This document shows, piece after piece, positions 43,195-56,169 of a stretch of 64,000 nt of DNA. Within the stretch, counting starts at the first letter, position 1. Every line of letters starts with the position of its first letter. Origin of the DNA: an uncultured Candidatus Pelagibacter sp. (GTDB lineage Bacteria > Pseudomonadota > Alphaproteobacteria > Pelagibacterales > Pelagibacteraceae); assembly GCA_905620495.1 (NCBI GenBank), contig CAJQTK010000011.1:90-64089 (forward strand), read 5' to 3'. The notes beneath the pieces are model-generated. The model was not told the DNA's origin, searched no databases, and worked only from the letters and a program-made list of their open reading frames with translations. A program made the position numbers and the translations under genes.

Positions 43195-45149
43195 ATGAAA
43201 GTTCCGATTCTTATACCAAATATTTTTAATCACCCATTTACTTATGACTCTGATTTAAAACTTAAAGTAGGTGACTATGTAGTTGTACCATTTGGAAAAT
43301 CTGAGCTTACAGGGGTAGTTTGGGATGAGTTTGAAAAAAAAACAAATAAAAATTTTGCAATTAAAAAAGTTGCAAGAAAACTAAATGTTCCATCTTTAAA
43401 AAAAAATACTATTAAGTTTTTAAACTGGTTCTCAGAATACAATATGATCCCAAAAGGTATGGCCTTAAAACTTTTATTATTAACCAGTAATGCCATAGAG
43501 GAGACTTCAAGTGAAGTTTATGAACAATTTAAAATTGATATTAAACAAAATAAAATAGAACTTTCCAAAGATCAAAAAAGTTGTTTAAAAAAATGAACAT
43601 CTCTAACCAAAAATTTAGAGTTCATGTTTTACAAGGGACAACTGGTTCTGGTAAAACTATGGTTTATTTTGAGGCCTTAAAGGAGATAATTAACAAGGGT
43701 TTTCAAGGATTAATTCTATTACCTGAAATTGGACTAACTGGTCAGTTTCAAAATAAATTTATAGAATTCTTTGGATTTAAACCAGCTGTTTGGCATTCTG
43801 GAATAACTAAAAAAAATAAACAAATAATATGGAGTGGAATTGCCAATGATAAAATTAAAGTTGTAATTGGTGCTCGGTCCTCATTGTTTTTACCTTTTAA
43901 GAAACTGGGATTAATTATTGTTGATGAAGAACATGATCAATCTTATAAACAAGATGAGGGTGTAACATATAATGCAAGAGATATGGCAATTTCAAGAGCA
44001 TCCTTTGAAAATATTCCAATAAATTTAATAACTGCAGTTCCGTCTATTGAAACCTATGATAATATTAAAAAAGGTAAATATAGTTTATCAAAACTTGATC
44101 AAAGATATTTAAATGCATCATTACCTAATTATGAAATAATCAATTTAAATGACTCAAAATTAGAATCTCAATCCTGGATCTCAAAAGAAACAATTGATAA
44201 GGTAAAGTTTCACCTTGAAAAAAAAGATCAAGTTTTATTTTTTTTAAATAGAAGAGGTTTTTCTCCACACGTGCTGTGTAAAAAATGCTTTACTAGTTAT
44301 TCTTGTCCGAATTGCTCTATAAATTTGGTGTATCATAAAAATAAACAAAACTTATTATGTCACTACTGCGGTTATAAAGCTTTACTAAATAGAGATTGTT
44401 CCAAAGAAGGAAAATGTGATTTTATTTTTAGTGGGCCTGGAGTTGAAAGAATATCAGAAGAAATCAAAAAAATTTTTCCAACTAAGGAAACAACTATCTT
44501 TTCTAGTGATACCATGAATAAAAAAAGTTCATCACAAATTTTAGAAAAAATTATAAATAATGAAATCCAAATTTTAATAGGAACTCAATTAATCTCAAAA
44601 GGATTTCATTTTCCAAGTTTAAATTGTATTGTTGTTGTAGACATCGATTTATCATCACAAGGTCATGACTTAAGAGGTGCAGAAAAGAATTTACAATTAT
44701 ATCACCAACTCTCAGGTAGAGCAGGAAGGACAGGAAAGCCTGCAACGGTTTATTTTCAAACTTACAATTTAGATACCAAGATGATTACTGATATTACAAA
44801 TAAAGATCCGGATATTTTTTTGGACAAAGAACTTGAAATTAGAAGAGAAAATAATCTTCCACCTTTTCAAAGATTTATTGCTTTAATAATTACAGGTAAC
44901 AATGAAAGAGAACTTGAAAAAGAAGCTTATAAATTTAAAACTTTTATAGAAGGTGCTGTGGATGGTAGAGTTCTCGGACCTGTGAATGCACCTATATTTA
45001 GATTAAAAAGAAGATTTAGAGTGAGACTTTTGATTAGGGGACGAAAGTCTTTAAAAGTCCAAAATTCACTAGCAAAAGCCATCGAAAAATTCAAATTTAC
45101 TACTGGAATGAAACTAACGGTTGATGTTGACCCAATAAACTTCAATTAA
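43195..45149 (+). pseudogene. priA: Primosomal protein N' (PriA), split by a -1 frameshift at about 43587-43596 (sequence error, pseudogene or recoding)
   Basis: ORF 43195-43596 has the 3'-DNA-binding domain (VVVPFG); ORF 43581-45149 has GTTGSGKT, DEEH, Zn fingers and QLSGRAGR; one extra A in the A7 run joins them. Confidence 0.85.
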
Positions 45150-45259
45150 TAGGCAAAAAATAACACTTTTAGACAATGTGTGACTTGAAGAGTTTATGGT
45201 CATATGTTAATTAAAGCAGAATTTTAATAAATCTTCAATTATTTATAAGGAACAGTAAA

Positions 45260-45817
45260 TTGAGTAAAAATAAAGGTTTTTCAGAAACATCAGCTGGCAG
45301 ATACTCTCTGGCGCTTTATGAATTAGCTATAGAAGCCAATGTATTAAGTGAGGTTGAAGTACACTCTGCTTCAATTATTAATTTAATTGCTTCAAGTGAA
45401 GATTTTAAGTCTTTAATTAAAGATCCAACAAATAATAAAGAAGATCAGCTTAATGCTTTAAGCAAAATTTCAGAACAATATAAATTAAATGAATTATTAA
45501 CAAAATTTTTAAGTTTTCTAATATCTAAAAGAAGGTTCTTTTATGTAGATAAAATTTTAAAAAGCTTTGTTGAAACATGTTCAATTAAAAGAGGTGAATT
45601 AAAAGCAGAATTGACTTCTGCAAAAGATCTTTCTGAAAATGAAATTAACAATATAAAAGAAGAATTAACTAAAAATTTTAGTTCAAAAATAAAATTAAAC
45701 TACAAACATGATGCAAGTTTAATTGGGGGTTTGATTGTGCAAGTCGGAAGCACAATGGTGGACACTTCCATTAAAAATAAATTACAACAACTCGAAAATA
45801 GGATGATAGAGGCATAA
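45260..45817 (+). CDS. atpH: ATP synthase delta subunit
   Basis: RYSLALY, LIGGLIVQVGSTMVDTS; TTG start after AAGGA. Confidence 0.95.
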   Translation: MSKNKGFSETSAGRYSLALYELAIEANVLSEVEVHSASIINLIASSEDFKSLIKDPTNNKEDQLNALSKISEQYKLNELLTKFLSFLISKRRFFYVDKILKSFVETCSIKRGELKAELTSAKDLSENEINNIKEELTKNFSSKIKLNYKHDASLIGGLIVQVGSTMVDTSIKNKLQQLENRMIEA

Positions 45818-47353
45818 ATGGATATAAACCCATCAGAAGTAACAAAGATATTAAAAGAGCAAATTAAAAAATTCGGTGATAAAGCAGAAGTGACCGAGGT
45901 TGGTCAAGTTTTATCAGTAGGAGATGGTATTGCTAGAGTATATGGATTAGACAACGTTCAAGCTGGAGAGATGGTAGAATTTTCTGACGGATCAAAAGGA
46001 ATGGCTCTAAACTTAGAAAGCGAAAATGTTGGAGTTGTAATTTTTGGAGATGATAGAAAAATTAAAGAAGGTGATGTTGTTAAAAGAACAGGAAGCATTG
46101 TTGATGCACCTGTTGGAAAAGAATTATTAGGAAGAGTTGTTGATGGATTAGGAAATCCAATTGATGGCAAAGGTGCTTTAGATAAAGCAACAAAAAGAAG
46201 CAGAGTTGAAGTAAAAGCTCCAGGAATTATTCCAAGACAATCTGTTAGTGAGCCAATGCAAACAGGTTTGAAGTCAATTGATAGTCTAGTTCCAGTTGGA
46301 AGAGGACAACGTGAATTAATTATTGGTGACAGACAAACGGGGAAAACTGCAGTTGCTATTGATGCAATCATTAACCAGAAAAAAATAAATGAATCTGGCG
46401 ATGAGAAGCAAAAACTTTATTGCATCTATGTCGCTATAGGTCAAAAAAGATCTACAGTTAGACAAATTCAAAAAACTTTAGAAGAAGCTGGTGCAATGGA
46501 ATACACAACAATTGTAGCCGCTACTGCTTCAGATGCAGCGCCACTTCAGTTCTTAGCGCCCTATACAGGCTGTACTATGGGTGAATACTATAGAGATAAT
46601 GGTATGCACGCATTAATCATTTATGATGATTTATCTAAACAGGCTGTAGCTTATAGACAAATGTCACTTTTATTAAGAAGACCTCCAGGAAGGGAAGCGT
46701 ACCCAGGGGATGTATTTTATTTACACAGTAGATTACTTGAAAGAGCTGCCAAACTAAGTGATGAGCACGGAGGGGGATCATTAACTGCTCTTCCAATAAT
46801 TGAAACACAAGGTGGAGACGTATCAGCATTTATTCCAACTAACGTGATCTCAATTACTGATGGGCAAATATTTCTTGAAACAGAATTATTTAACCAAGGA
46901 ATTAGACCAGCGATTAACGTGGGTTTATCAGTTTCTAGAGTTGGATCTGCAGCACAAACAAAAGCAATGAAAAAAGTTTCTGGTTCAATGAAACTAGAAC
47001 TTGCTCAATATAGAGAAATGGCTGCCTTTGCACAATTTGGATCTGATTTAGATGCATCAACGCAAAAACTTTTAAATAGAGGTTCAAAGCTAACTGAACT
47101 TCTAAAACAAAAACAATATTCTCCAATGACAGTTGCTGAACAGGTAATTTCTGTTTTTTGTGGAGTTAAAGGTTATTTAGATGATGTAGAGCTTAAGGAT
47201 ATTGCTGCTTTTGAATCTAAAATTATAGAGAAATGTAAATCTGAAAAGCCTGAAATTTTAGAATCTGTTTTAAGTTCAGGTAAGCTTGAAGAGAATACTG
47301 AAAAACTATTAGTTGAAACAATAATGGAGATCAAGAAAAACTTTAATTCTTAA
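45818..47353 (+). CDS. atpA: ATP synthase alpha subunit
   Basis: [17 protein letters not shown]. Confidence 0.98.
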   Translation: MDINPSEVTKILKEQIKKFGDKAEVTEVGQVLSVGDGIARVYGLDNVQAGEMVEFSDGSKGMALNLESENVGVVIFGDDRKIKEGDVVKRTGSIVDAPVGKELLGRVVDGLGNPIDGKGALDKATKRSRVEVKAPGIIPRQSVSEPMQTGLKSIDSLVPVGRGQRELIIGDRQTGKTAVAIDAIINQKKINESGDEKQKLYCIYVAIGQKRSTVRQIQKTLEEAGAMEYTTIVAATASDAAPLQFLAPYTGCTMGEYYRDNGMHALIIYDDLSKQAVAYRQMSLLLRRPPGREAYPGDVFYLHSRLLERAAKLSDEHGGGSLTALPIIETQGGDVSAFIPTNVISITDGQIFLETELFNQGIRPAINVGLSVSRVGSAAQTKAMKKVSGSMKLELAQYREMAAFAQFGSDLDASTQKLLNRGSKLTELLKQKQYSPMTVAEQVISVFCGVKGYLDDVELKDIAAFESKIIEKCKSEKPEILESVLSSGKLEENTEKLLVETIMEIKKNFNS

Positions 47354-47356
47354 AAT

Positions 47357-49652
<2,296 letters not shown>

Positions 49653-49653
<1 letters not shown>

Positions 49654-50045
49654 TGAGCGAAGAGTTTAAAATAGAAATAGTAAACCCTGAAAAATCTTTT
49701 CTTTCAAAAGAAGATGTAACAGAAGTTGTTGTGCCTGCTTTTGAGGGAGAAATGGGTATTTTAAAAGACCATATCTCGATTATTTCATTCTTAAAACCTG
49801 GAATTATTAAAATATTTTCTAAATCTGGAGAAGAAAATTATTATGTTGAAGATGGAATTGTTGAATTTAAGAATAATAATTTATCAGTACTAACAAGCTC
49901 TATTTTTAATATTAAAGATATTGATAAAGATAAAATTAGTGAGATGCTTACGCAAGCAGAGGAACACTCAAAAAATAATGAAATTACAGATCAAAATAAG
50001 TATTTAGTGGATCAAAAAATTGATGTGTTAAAAACTCTTAATTAA
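49653..50045 (+). CDS. atpC: ATP synthase epsilon subunit
   Basis: EIVNPE, GEMGILKDH; follows atpD. Confidence 0.93.
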
Positions 50046-50514
50046 TAATCTCTTTTACTTTTTTTTTAACATCCTCATACACGTGCAATTTAAAGTCTAC
50101 AACTAGGTCGGTTATATTTTCAAGATCAATCCACTTCCATTCACAAAATTCTGGATTTTTAGTTTTTATATCAATTTCACTATCTTGTCCTAAAAATCTC
50201 ATTACAAACCATTTTTGTTCTTGGCCTCTATATTTACCTTTCCAAATAATTCCCAATAATTCTTTAGGTAACTCGTAAGAGATTAGTCCATCCAGTTTTT
50301 TAATTAGATCTACATTCTTAATGCTAGTTTCTTCTTCTAGTTCTCGATAAGCAGCAGTTAAATAGTCTTCTCCTTTATCAACGCCACCTTGAGGCATTTG
50401 CCAGAAATTTTTTTGATTATCTATTCTTTTTGCAACAAAAACTTCATCTTTTTTATTTAATACAACAATTCCGACCCCACTTCTAAGAGGTAAATCTGTA
50501 TTTTGGTTTGTCAT
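50038..50514 (-). CDS. rppH: RNA pyrophosphohydrolase (Nudix)
   Basis: WQMPQGG..AAYRELEEET, GQEQKWF. Confidence 0.93.
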   Translation of the reverse strand: MTNQNTDLPLRSGVGIVVLNKKDEVFVAKRIDNQKNFWQMPQGGVDKGEDYLTAAYRELEEETSIKNVDLIKKLDGLISYELPKELLGIIWKGKYRGQEQKWFVMRFLGQDSEIDIKTKNPEFCEWKWIDLENITDLVVDFKLHVYEDVKKKVKEIIN

Positions 50515-51648
50515 TTATCCGTTAAGTAGTTTTAAAGCAAAGTTTAATTGATTATCTGTTTCAGAATTAAATTTAAAATCCTCTGAAGCTTCTACTACCT
50601 CTATATCAGGTGTTACACCTACTTCAGAAATAGATTTACCTGAGGGTAGATAATATTTTGCAATTGTTAATCTGATAGCACCTCTATTCCTTAAAGGTAT
50701 TATTGATTGTACGGAACCTTTTCCATAGCTGTTTTCCCCAAGTATAATAGCTCTTTTATGATCTTTTAATGCACCAGCTACTATTTCTGATGCTGATGCA
50801 GATCCATAGTTAATAAGTATAATTAATGTTTTGCCGTTTGTTATATCCCCTTTTTTAGCAAACCATTTTCTGTTCTCTGAAACGTTTCGACTTTTCGTTG
50901 AAACAATTTCACCATTTTCTAAAAAGAAGTCTGAAATTTTAATTGCCTGAGAAAGTAAACCACCAGGATTATTTCTTAAATCCAAAATATATCCTTTTAG
51001 ATCTTTATTTTTCTTTAAGTTATTAACTTTTTCTTTAATTTGTTCACTACTATTTTCGTTAAAGGAAGTGAGTCTAATATAACCAATATTATTGTCTATA
51101 AGTTCAGATTTGACTGATTGAACCTCAATAATTTCTCTTGTTATATTAAAGATCAATGCTTTTTTGACACCACGTCTTCTAACGGTAATTTCAATACTTG
51201 ATCCAACAGGTCCCCTCATTAAATCAACAGCTTCCATTAATGATTTCCCCTGTACCTGCACATTATTAATTTTTACAATATAATCACCAGCTTTTAATCC
51301 AGCTTTTGAGGCGGGTGTATTATCAATTGGAGAAATTACTTTTATGACACCTGCCTCCATGCCAACTTCAATACCAAGTCCACCGAATTCACCACTTGTT
51401 TCAGTTTGCATGCCTTCAAAACTTTCAGGAGTCATGTAAGCGGAATAGGGGTCTAGAGATTGTAGTAATCCATTTATTGCAGCATCCATACTTTTAGATT
51501 GATCTACTTCATCAACATATTCTTTATTAATTTTTTCAAGTACCTCACCAAATAAGTCTATCTTTTTATATATATCAGAATTTTCAGAAAAACTTTTTTC
51601 AAAAACAAACAAGGAAATAATAAAAAAAAAAAAGATTTTTTTTATCAT
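50515..51648 (-). CDS. ctpA: Carboxy-terminal processing protease (S41, PDZ)
   Basis: LDPYS, GLGI, DLRNNPGG, SASASEI, GKGSVQ. Confidence 0.92.
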   Translation of the reverse strand: MIKKIFFFFIISLFVFEKSFSENSDIYKKIDLFGEVLEKINKEYVDEVDQSKSMDAAINGLLQSLDPYSAYMTPESFEGMQTETSGEFGGLGIEVGMEAGVIKVISPIDNTPASKAGLKAGDYIVKINNVQVQGKSLMEAVDLMRGPVGSSIEITVRRRGVKKALIFNITREIIEVQSVKSELIDNNIGYIRLTSFNENSSEQIKEKVNNLKKNKDLKGYILDLRNNPGGLLSQAIKISDFFLENGEIVSTKSRNVSENRKWFAKKGDITNGKTLIILINYGSASASEIVAGALKDHKRAIILGENSYGKGSVQSIIPLRNRGAIRLTIAKYYLPSGKSISEVGVTPDIEVVEASEDFKFNSETDNQLNFALKLLNG

Positions 51649-51650
51649 GT

Positions 51651-52001
51651 TTATATCATTACTTTTTCTTTAGGAATTAGCTCAGACCATATTTTTTCAA
51701 GTTCATAAAATTTTCGTTTATCCGGATTAAATATATGAACGATTAAATCAATGCCATCAACTAACTTCCAGTCTAAACTTTCTTTTCCTTCTATTTTAGA
51801 ATTTTTAACTCCATTGGCTCTTAGTTTTTCTAATACCTGTTCTGATAAGGCATGAATATGTCTTGAAGAAGTTCCACTTGCTATGATCATGTAGTCTGCC
51901 ATTGAACTTTTATTCTTAAGATCAATAGAAATTATGTCTAATGCTTTGTTGGAGTCTAGCGTATCTAATATGATTTTTTTTAGATTTGTATTTTTTTTCA
52001 T
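51651..52001 (-). CDS. rsfS: Ribosome silencing factor
   Basis: ADYMIIASG, WKLVD, FYELEKIW. Confidence 0.93.
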   Translation of the reverse strand: MKKNTNLKKIILDTLDSNKALDIISIDLKNKSSMADYMIIASGTSSRHIHALSEQVLEKLRANGVKNSKIEGKESLDWKLVDGIDLIVHIFNPDKRKFYELEKIWSELIPKEKVMI

Positions 52002-52018
52002 CTATTAAATAAACCTTA

Positions 52019-52525
52019 TCAAACTTTTCTTAATTGAGAAGATGAAATATTAACTTTATTGAAATTAACAAAAGTTAAGTTTTTTTTATTTGCCTCAGTA
52101 AAGGTCACTGACTTTAATGACCTAGCCTTATACCCTTGACGGTCGAATACTAGAATATTGCATTTTTTTATAATAGATTTCCATTTATACCATTTGTGAA
52201 AATTTATGAGATTGTCAGCACCCATAATGAAATAAATTTCGTTTCTTTCTTCTTTGCTTAAATGTTCAATTAAATCAACTGTTCTGTTAGAGCCTATCTT
52301 TTCTTCATAAAACTTTACTTTAATATAATCATTTTTGCCTATTAATTTTTTGGCAAATTGTATTCTGTTTCTTAAGCTTGATTTACTTTCATTTTTAAAT
52401 GGATTTTTTTTTGTAATTGCCCAAACAATATTCTTTAGTTCAAATCTTTTTTTTGCCTGTTTTGATATCTCCAAATGTCCTTTATGTGCTGGATCAAATG
52501 TACCACCTAAAATACCAATTTTCAT
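52019..52525 (-). CDS. nadD: Nicotinate-nucleotide adenylyltransferase
   Basis: GGTFDPAHKGH, FIMGADN, ISSSQLR; start ambiguous (52525 vs upstream in-frame starts inside proA). Confidence 0.9.
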   Translation of the reverse strand: MKIGILGGTFDPAHKGHLEISKQAKKRFELKNIVWAITKKNPFKNESKSSLRNRIQFAKKLIGKNDYIKVKFYEEKIGSNRTVDLIEHLSKEERNEIYFIMGADNLINFHKWYKWKSIIKKCNILVFDRQGYKARSLKSVTFTEANKKNLTFVNFNKVNISSSQLRKV

Positions 52526-52541
52526 TTTTTCAGGTTTCAAT

Positions 52542-53792
52542 TTATTTTCTAGTTTGACCGTTGCTAACAATCTCATATTTGTAAGAAATAAGCTGACCTA
52601 ATCCCACAGGCCCTCTTGGAGGAAGAGTGTTTGTTGAGATACCAACCTCTCCACCAAACCCAAACTCTCCACCATCAGCAAACTGTGTTGATGTGTTATG
52701 CATAGCTATTGAGCTCTTGACATTTTTTAAAAATTTTTTAGCAGTCTTTTTATTTTTAGTAATTATAGAATCTGTATGCATGGTTCCATATTTGTTAATA
52801 TGATTGATTGCTTCTTCACAATTCTTTACAGTCTTTACAGATACTGTTGCTGCTAAGTATTCTGTAGACCAGTCCTTCTCTTTAGCAATAGAAATTTTAC
52901 CTTTATAATGTTTATTTAAAAAACTATCTCCATATATTTTACAGTTATTTTCTTCTAATTTTTTTAAAATAGGATTATTAAATTTTTTAACAATTTTTTC
53001 ATGCAGTAAAATTGTTTCAGTAGCACCACAAATACTGGTATTTCTTAATTTAGCATTATAGATGATATCTATAGCCATCTTTAGTTCTGCATCTTTATCT
53101 ACAAAGGTGTGACATAGACCTTCTAAATGTCCAATAATAGGTACGGTTGAAAACTCTTGAACTCTTTTTACTAAATTTTTCCCACCACGAGGTATGATCA
53201 CATCAATATAATCTTTCATTTTTGAAAGCATATAATCAACCATTTTTCTATCTTTAGAGTCTACAAATTGAATAAAATTTTCATTAACTTTATTTTCTTT
53301 GAGAGCTTTTCGAAATAATTTAGCTAAAATTTTATTAGTGTTTATTGCTTCTGACCCACCTTTTAAAATTACAGCATTTCCAGACTTAAAACATAAGCTA
53401 GCAACATCCGAAGTAACATTGGGTCTACTTTCGTAAATAACTCCAATAACTCCAATGGGTATAGATACTCTTTTAATTTTTAATCCATTAGGTCTACTCC
53501 ATTTTTCAAGAGTATTATCAATAGGATCTTTTAGTTTAGTAATTTTATTTATTGAGTCTTTTATATTATCTAATTTTTTATGATTAATAGTTAGTCTATC
53601 GATTAAATTATTTTTTAATCCTTTTTTTAGAGCAAATTTTATATCTTTTGTGTTTTCTCCAATTATAGAATTCCTCTCTTTATCTAATAATGAGGCATAT
53701 CTAGTTAGAATTTTATTTTTTACTTTAGTTTTAATTTTTTCAAAAGCTGCTTTTTTTGCATTTTGTCCTATTAAATTCATATATTGACTCAT
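52542..53792 (-). CDS. proA: Gamma-glutamyl phosphate reductase
   Basis: IYESRPNVT, IPRGG, CGATE, NTSTQFADG; ATG at 53792. Confidence 0.95.
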   Translation of the reverse strand: MSQYMNLIGQNAKKAAFEKIKTKVKNKILTRYASLLDKERNSIIGENTKDIKFALKKGLKNNLIDRLTINHKKLDNIKDSINKITKLKDPIDNTLEKWSRPNGLKIKRVSIPIGVIGVIYESRPNVTSDVASLCFKSGNAVILKGGSEAINTNKILAKLFRKALKENKVNENFIQFVDSKDRKMVDYMLSKMKDYIDVIIPRGGKNLVKRVQEFSTVPIIGHLEGLCHTFVDKDAELKMAIDIIYNAKLRNTSICGATETILLHEKIVKKFNNPILKKLEENNCKIYGDSFLNKHYKGKISIAKEKDWSTEYLAATVSVKTVKNCEEAINHINKYGTMHTDSIITKNKKTAKKFLKNVKSSIAMHNTSTQFADGGEFGFGGEVGISTNTLPPRGPVGLGQLISYKYEIVSNGQTRK

Positions 53793-53793
53793 T

Positions 53794-54900
53794 TTATACC
53801 TCCACCATATCATCTTTATGTATAACTTCTGATTTTGCAACATATCCTAATATTTTTTCAATTTCTTTAGATTGGTGCCCCATAATTCTTAATATCTCAT
53901 CAGATGAGAATGAACTTAAGCCTCTAGCACATTCAGAGTTTTTTTTATTTAAAACCTTTATGTGATCACCTTTTTTAAACTTACCAGATACTTTTATAAT
54001 TCCGGCTGCCAATAGGCTCTTACCATTCGAAAGTGCTTGTGTAGCGCCATCATCAATAACAATCTCTCCTTTAGGTGAAATTGAACTGATAATCCATTTT
54101 TTTCTAGCATCTAATTTTGATATTTTTGGCAAAAACCAAGTACAGTTATTATCTTTAATTATTTTTTTAATAGGTCTCATTAGCAGACCATTAGCTATTA
54201 CCATTCGGCATCCTGATAGTTGACAGATTTTTGCTGCATCAATTTTAGTTTTCATTCCACCTGTTCCATATTCGTTAACACTCTTAGTTGCAATTTTTTC
54301 TATATCTTTATCAATATTTTTTATTTCTTTTAATAGTTGTGCATTTTTATAAATTTTTGGATTTTGAGTATAAAGACCATCAACATCAGAAAGAAGTATC
54401 AGTGAGTCAGCCCCAGATATTTGTGCTACTCGAGAAGCTAGTCTGTCGTTATCACCATATTTAATTTCTGTAGTTGCTATTGTATCATTTTCATTAACAA
54501 TGGGCACAAAGCCTAATTGAAATAAATTATCAAAAGTTCTTTTTGCATTTAATGCTCTTCTTCTTTGTTCCGTATCTTCTAATGTAAGCAAAATTTGAGA
54601 TATATTAATTTTTTGTTTAATAAAGGTTTCTGAAAATAAATTCATAAGCTCAATTTGCCCTATAGATGCTACAGCCTGACTTTTATCAATTTTAAGATTT
54701 TTTTTACTTAAGTTAAGTTTTTTACAGCCCATTGCAATAGCACCTGAGCTTACAATAATAATTTTTTTATTTTCTTTAATTAATTCATGAATATCTTTGG
54801 CAAATTCAGAAAGCCACTTTTTTCTAATTTTTTTATTCTCATCTATTAATAAAGATGAGCCAATTTTAATTACAATTATTTTAGAGTCCTTAAGATACAT
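53794..54900 (-). CDS. proB: Glutamate 5-kinase
   Basis: KIGSS, NENDT, GDNDRL, GTGGMKTK, PUA domain. Confidence 0.96.
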   Translation of the reverse strand: MYLKDSKIIVIKIGSSLLIDENKKIRKKWLSEFAKDIHELIKENKKIIIVSSGAIAMGCKKLNLSKKNLKIDKSQAVASIGQIELMNLFSETFIKQKINISQILLTLEDTEQRRRALNAKRTFDNLFQLGFVPIVNENDTIATTEIKYGDNDRLASRVAQISGADSLILLSDVDGLYTQNPKIYKNAQLLKEIKNIDKDIEKIATKSVNEYGTGGMKTKIDAAKICQLSGCRMVIANGLLMRPIKKIIKDNNCTWFLPKISKLDARKKWIISSISPKGEIVIDDGATQALSNGKSLLAAGIIKVSGKFKKGDHIKVLNKKNSECARGLSSFSSDEILRIMGHQSKEIEKILGYVAKSEVIHKDDMVEV

Positions 54901-55873
54901 ATGAGAGCAATTTAGCTTTAATTTTTGATATAGATCCTTTCTCTAGCGTTGATAGAGTTACCACTTCAGATTCTTTATCCTTAGAAAAATTTTTTACGAT
55001 TTCTTTCACTTCTTCTTTATCTAATAAGTCTGTTTTATTTAATACAATTATTTCTTTTTTATCCAGAATCTTTTTACTGTAACTACCAAGCTCTTTTTTA
55101 ACTTGTTGATACGTATTTTCAATATTTTCATCAGTAATATCTATTAAATGCATTAATGTTTTGCATCTTTCTATGTGTTTTAGGAATTGAATTCCAAGAC
55201 CCACACCTTCATGCGCACCTTCAACTAGTCCAGGTATGTCAGCTAAAGTTATTTCTTTATCATCATAAATTGCAACACCAAGGTTTGGGTTTAAAGTTGT
55301 AAACTTATAATTTGCTATCTTAGGTGTGGCATTTGTAATGGCTGCTAGCAAACTAGATTTACCTGCGTTGGGTAAACCTACAATACCTACATCAGCAATA
55401 GTTTTTAACTGAAGCCAAATCACATATTCTTCACCTATGGCACCTTTTGTAAATTTTTTTGGAGCCCTATTTGTAGAGCTTTTAAATCTAGTATTCCCAA
55501 GGCCACCCTTACCACCTTTGGCTACAATAAATTCTTCACCTTCTTTTTTAAAATCATAAATTAAAGTTTTATTATCTTCTTCAAAAACTTGTGTACCTAT
55601 TGGAACTTTTAAAAATAAATCTTCTCCTCCATGACCTGTACGATTTTGTCCACAACCATTCACTCCTCTTCCAGCTTTGTGATGTTGTTGAAATCTATAA
55701 TCGATAAGAGTATTTAAGTTTCTTTCTGATCTTAGGAATATGGTACCACCTTTACCTCCATCGCCACCATCAGGTCCACCGTACTCAATGAATTTCTCCC
55801 TACGAAAACTAGGAGAACCATGCCCGCCATTGCCGGCCTTTACATAAATTTTTACTTGATCTAGAAACTTCAT
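54890..55873 (-). CDS. obgE: GTPase Obg/CgtA
   Basis: Gly-rich Obg fold, GLPNAGKS, DIPG, NKTD. Confidence 0.97.
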   Translation of the reverse strand: MKFLDQVKIYVKAGNGGHGSPSFRREKFIEYGGPDGGDGGKGGTIFLRSERNLNTLIDYRFQQHHKAGRGVNGCGQNRTGHGGEDLFLKVPIGTQVFEEDNKTLIYDFKKEGEEFIVAKGGKGGLGNTRFKSSTNRAPKKFTKGAIGEEYVIWLQLKTIADVGIVGLPNAGKSSLLAAITNATPKIANYKFTTLNPNLGVAIYDDKEITLADIPGLVEGAHEGVGLGIQFLKHIERCKTLMHLIDITDENIENTYQQVKKELGSYSKKILDKKEIIVLNKTDLLDKEEVKEIVKNFSKDKESEVVTLSTLEKGSISKIKAKLLSYVS

Positions 55874-55902
55874 ATTACAACTGTTGGTTTTTAGTTGTAC
55901 TA

Positions 55903-56157
55903 CTAATTGGGTTTTACGGAAACGAATGTTCTGTCTAATCTACCTTTTTTAAACACAACTTTTCCTTCAACAACAGAAAAAATTGAATGATCTTTTCCCA
56001 TTCCTACGTTTTCACCAGGAAAAATTTTAGTTCCTCTTTGTCTAACGATTATGTTTCCAGGAATTACTACTTCACCACCGTACTTCTTAACGCCTAGTCT
56101 ACGACCAGCACTATCTCGTCCGTTTCTCGATGATCCACCTGCTTTTTTTGTAGCCAT
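55903..56157 (-). CDS. rpmA: 50S ribosomal protein L27
   Basis: [21 protein letters not shown]. Confidence 0.97.
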   Translation of the reverse strand: MATKKAGGSSRNGRDSAGRRLGVKKYGGEVVIPGNIIVRQRGTKIFPGENVGMGKDHSIFSVVEGKVVFKKGRLDRTFVSVKPN

Positions 56158-56169
56158 AATTTACCTAAT

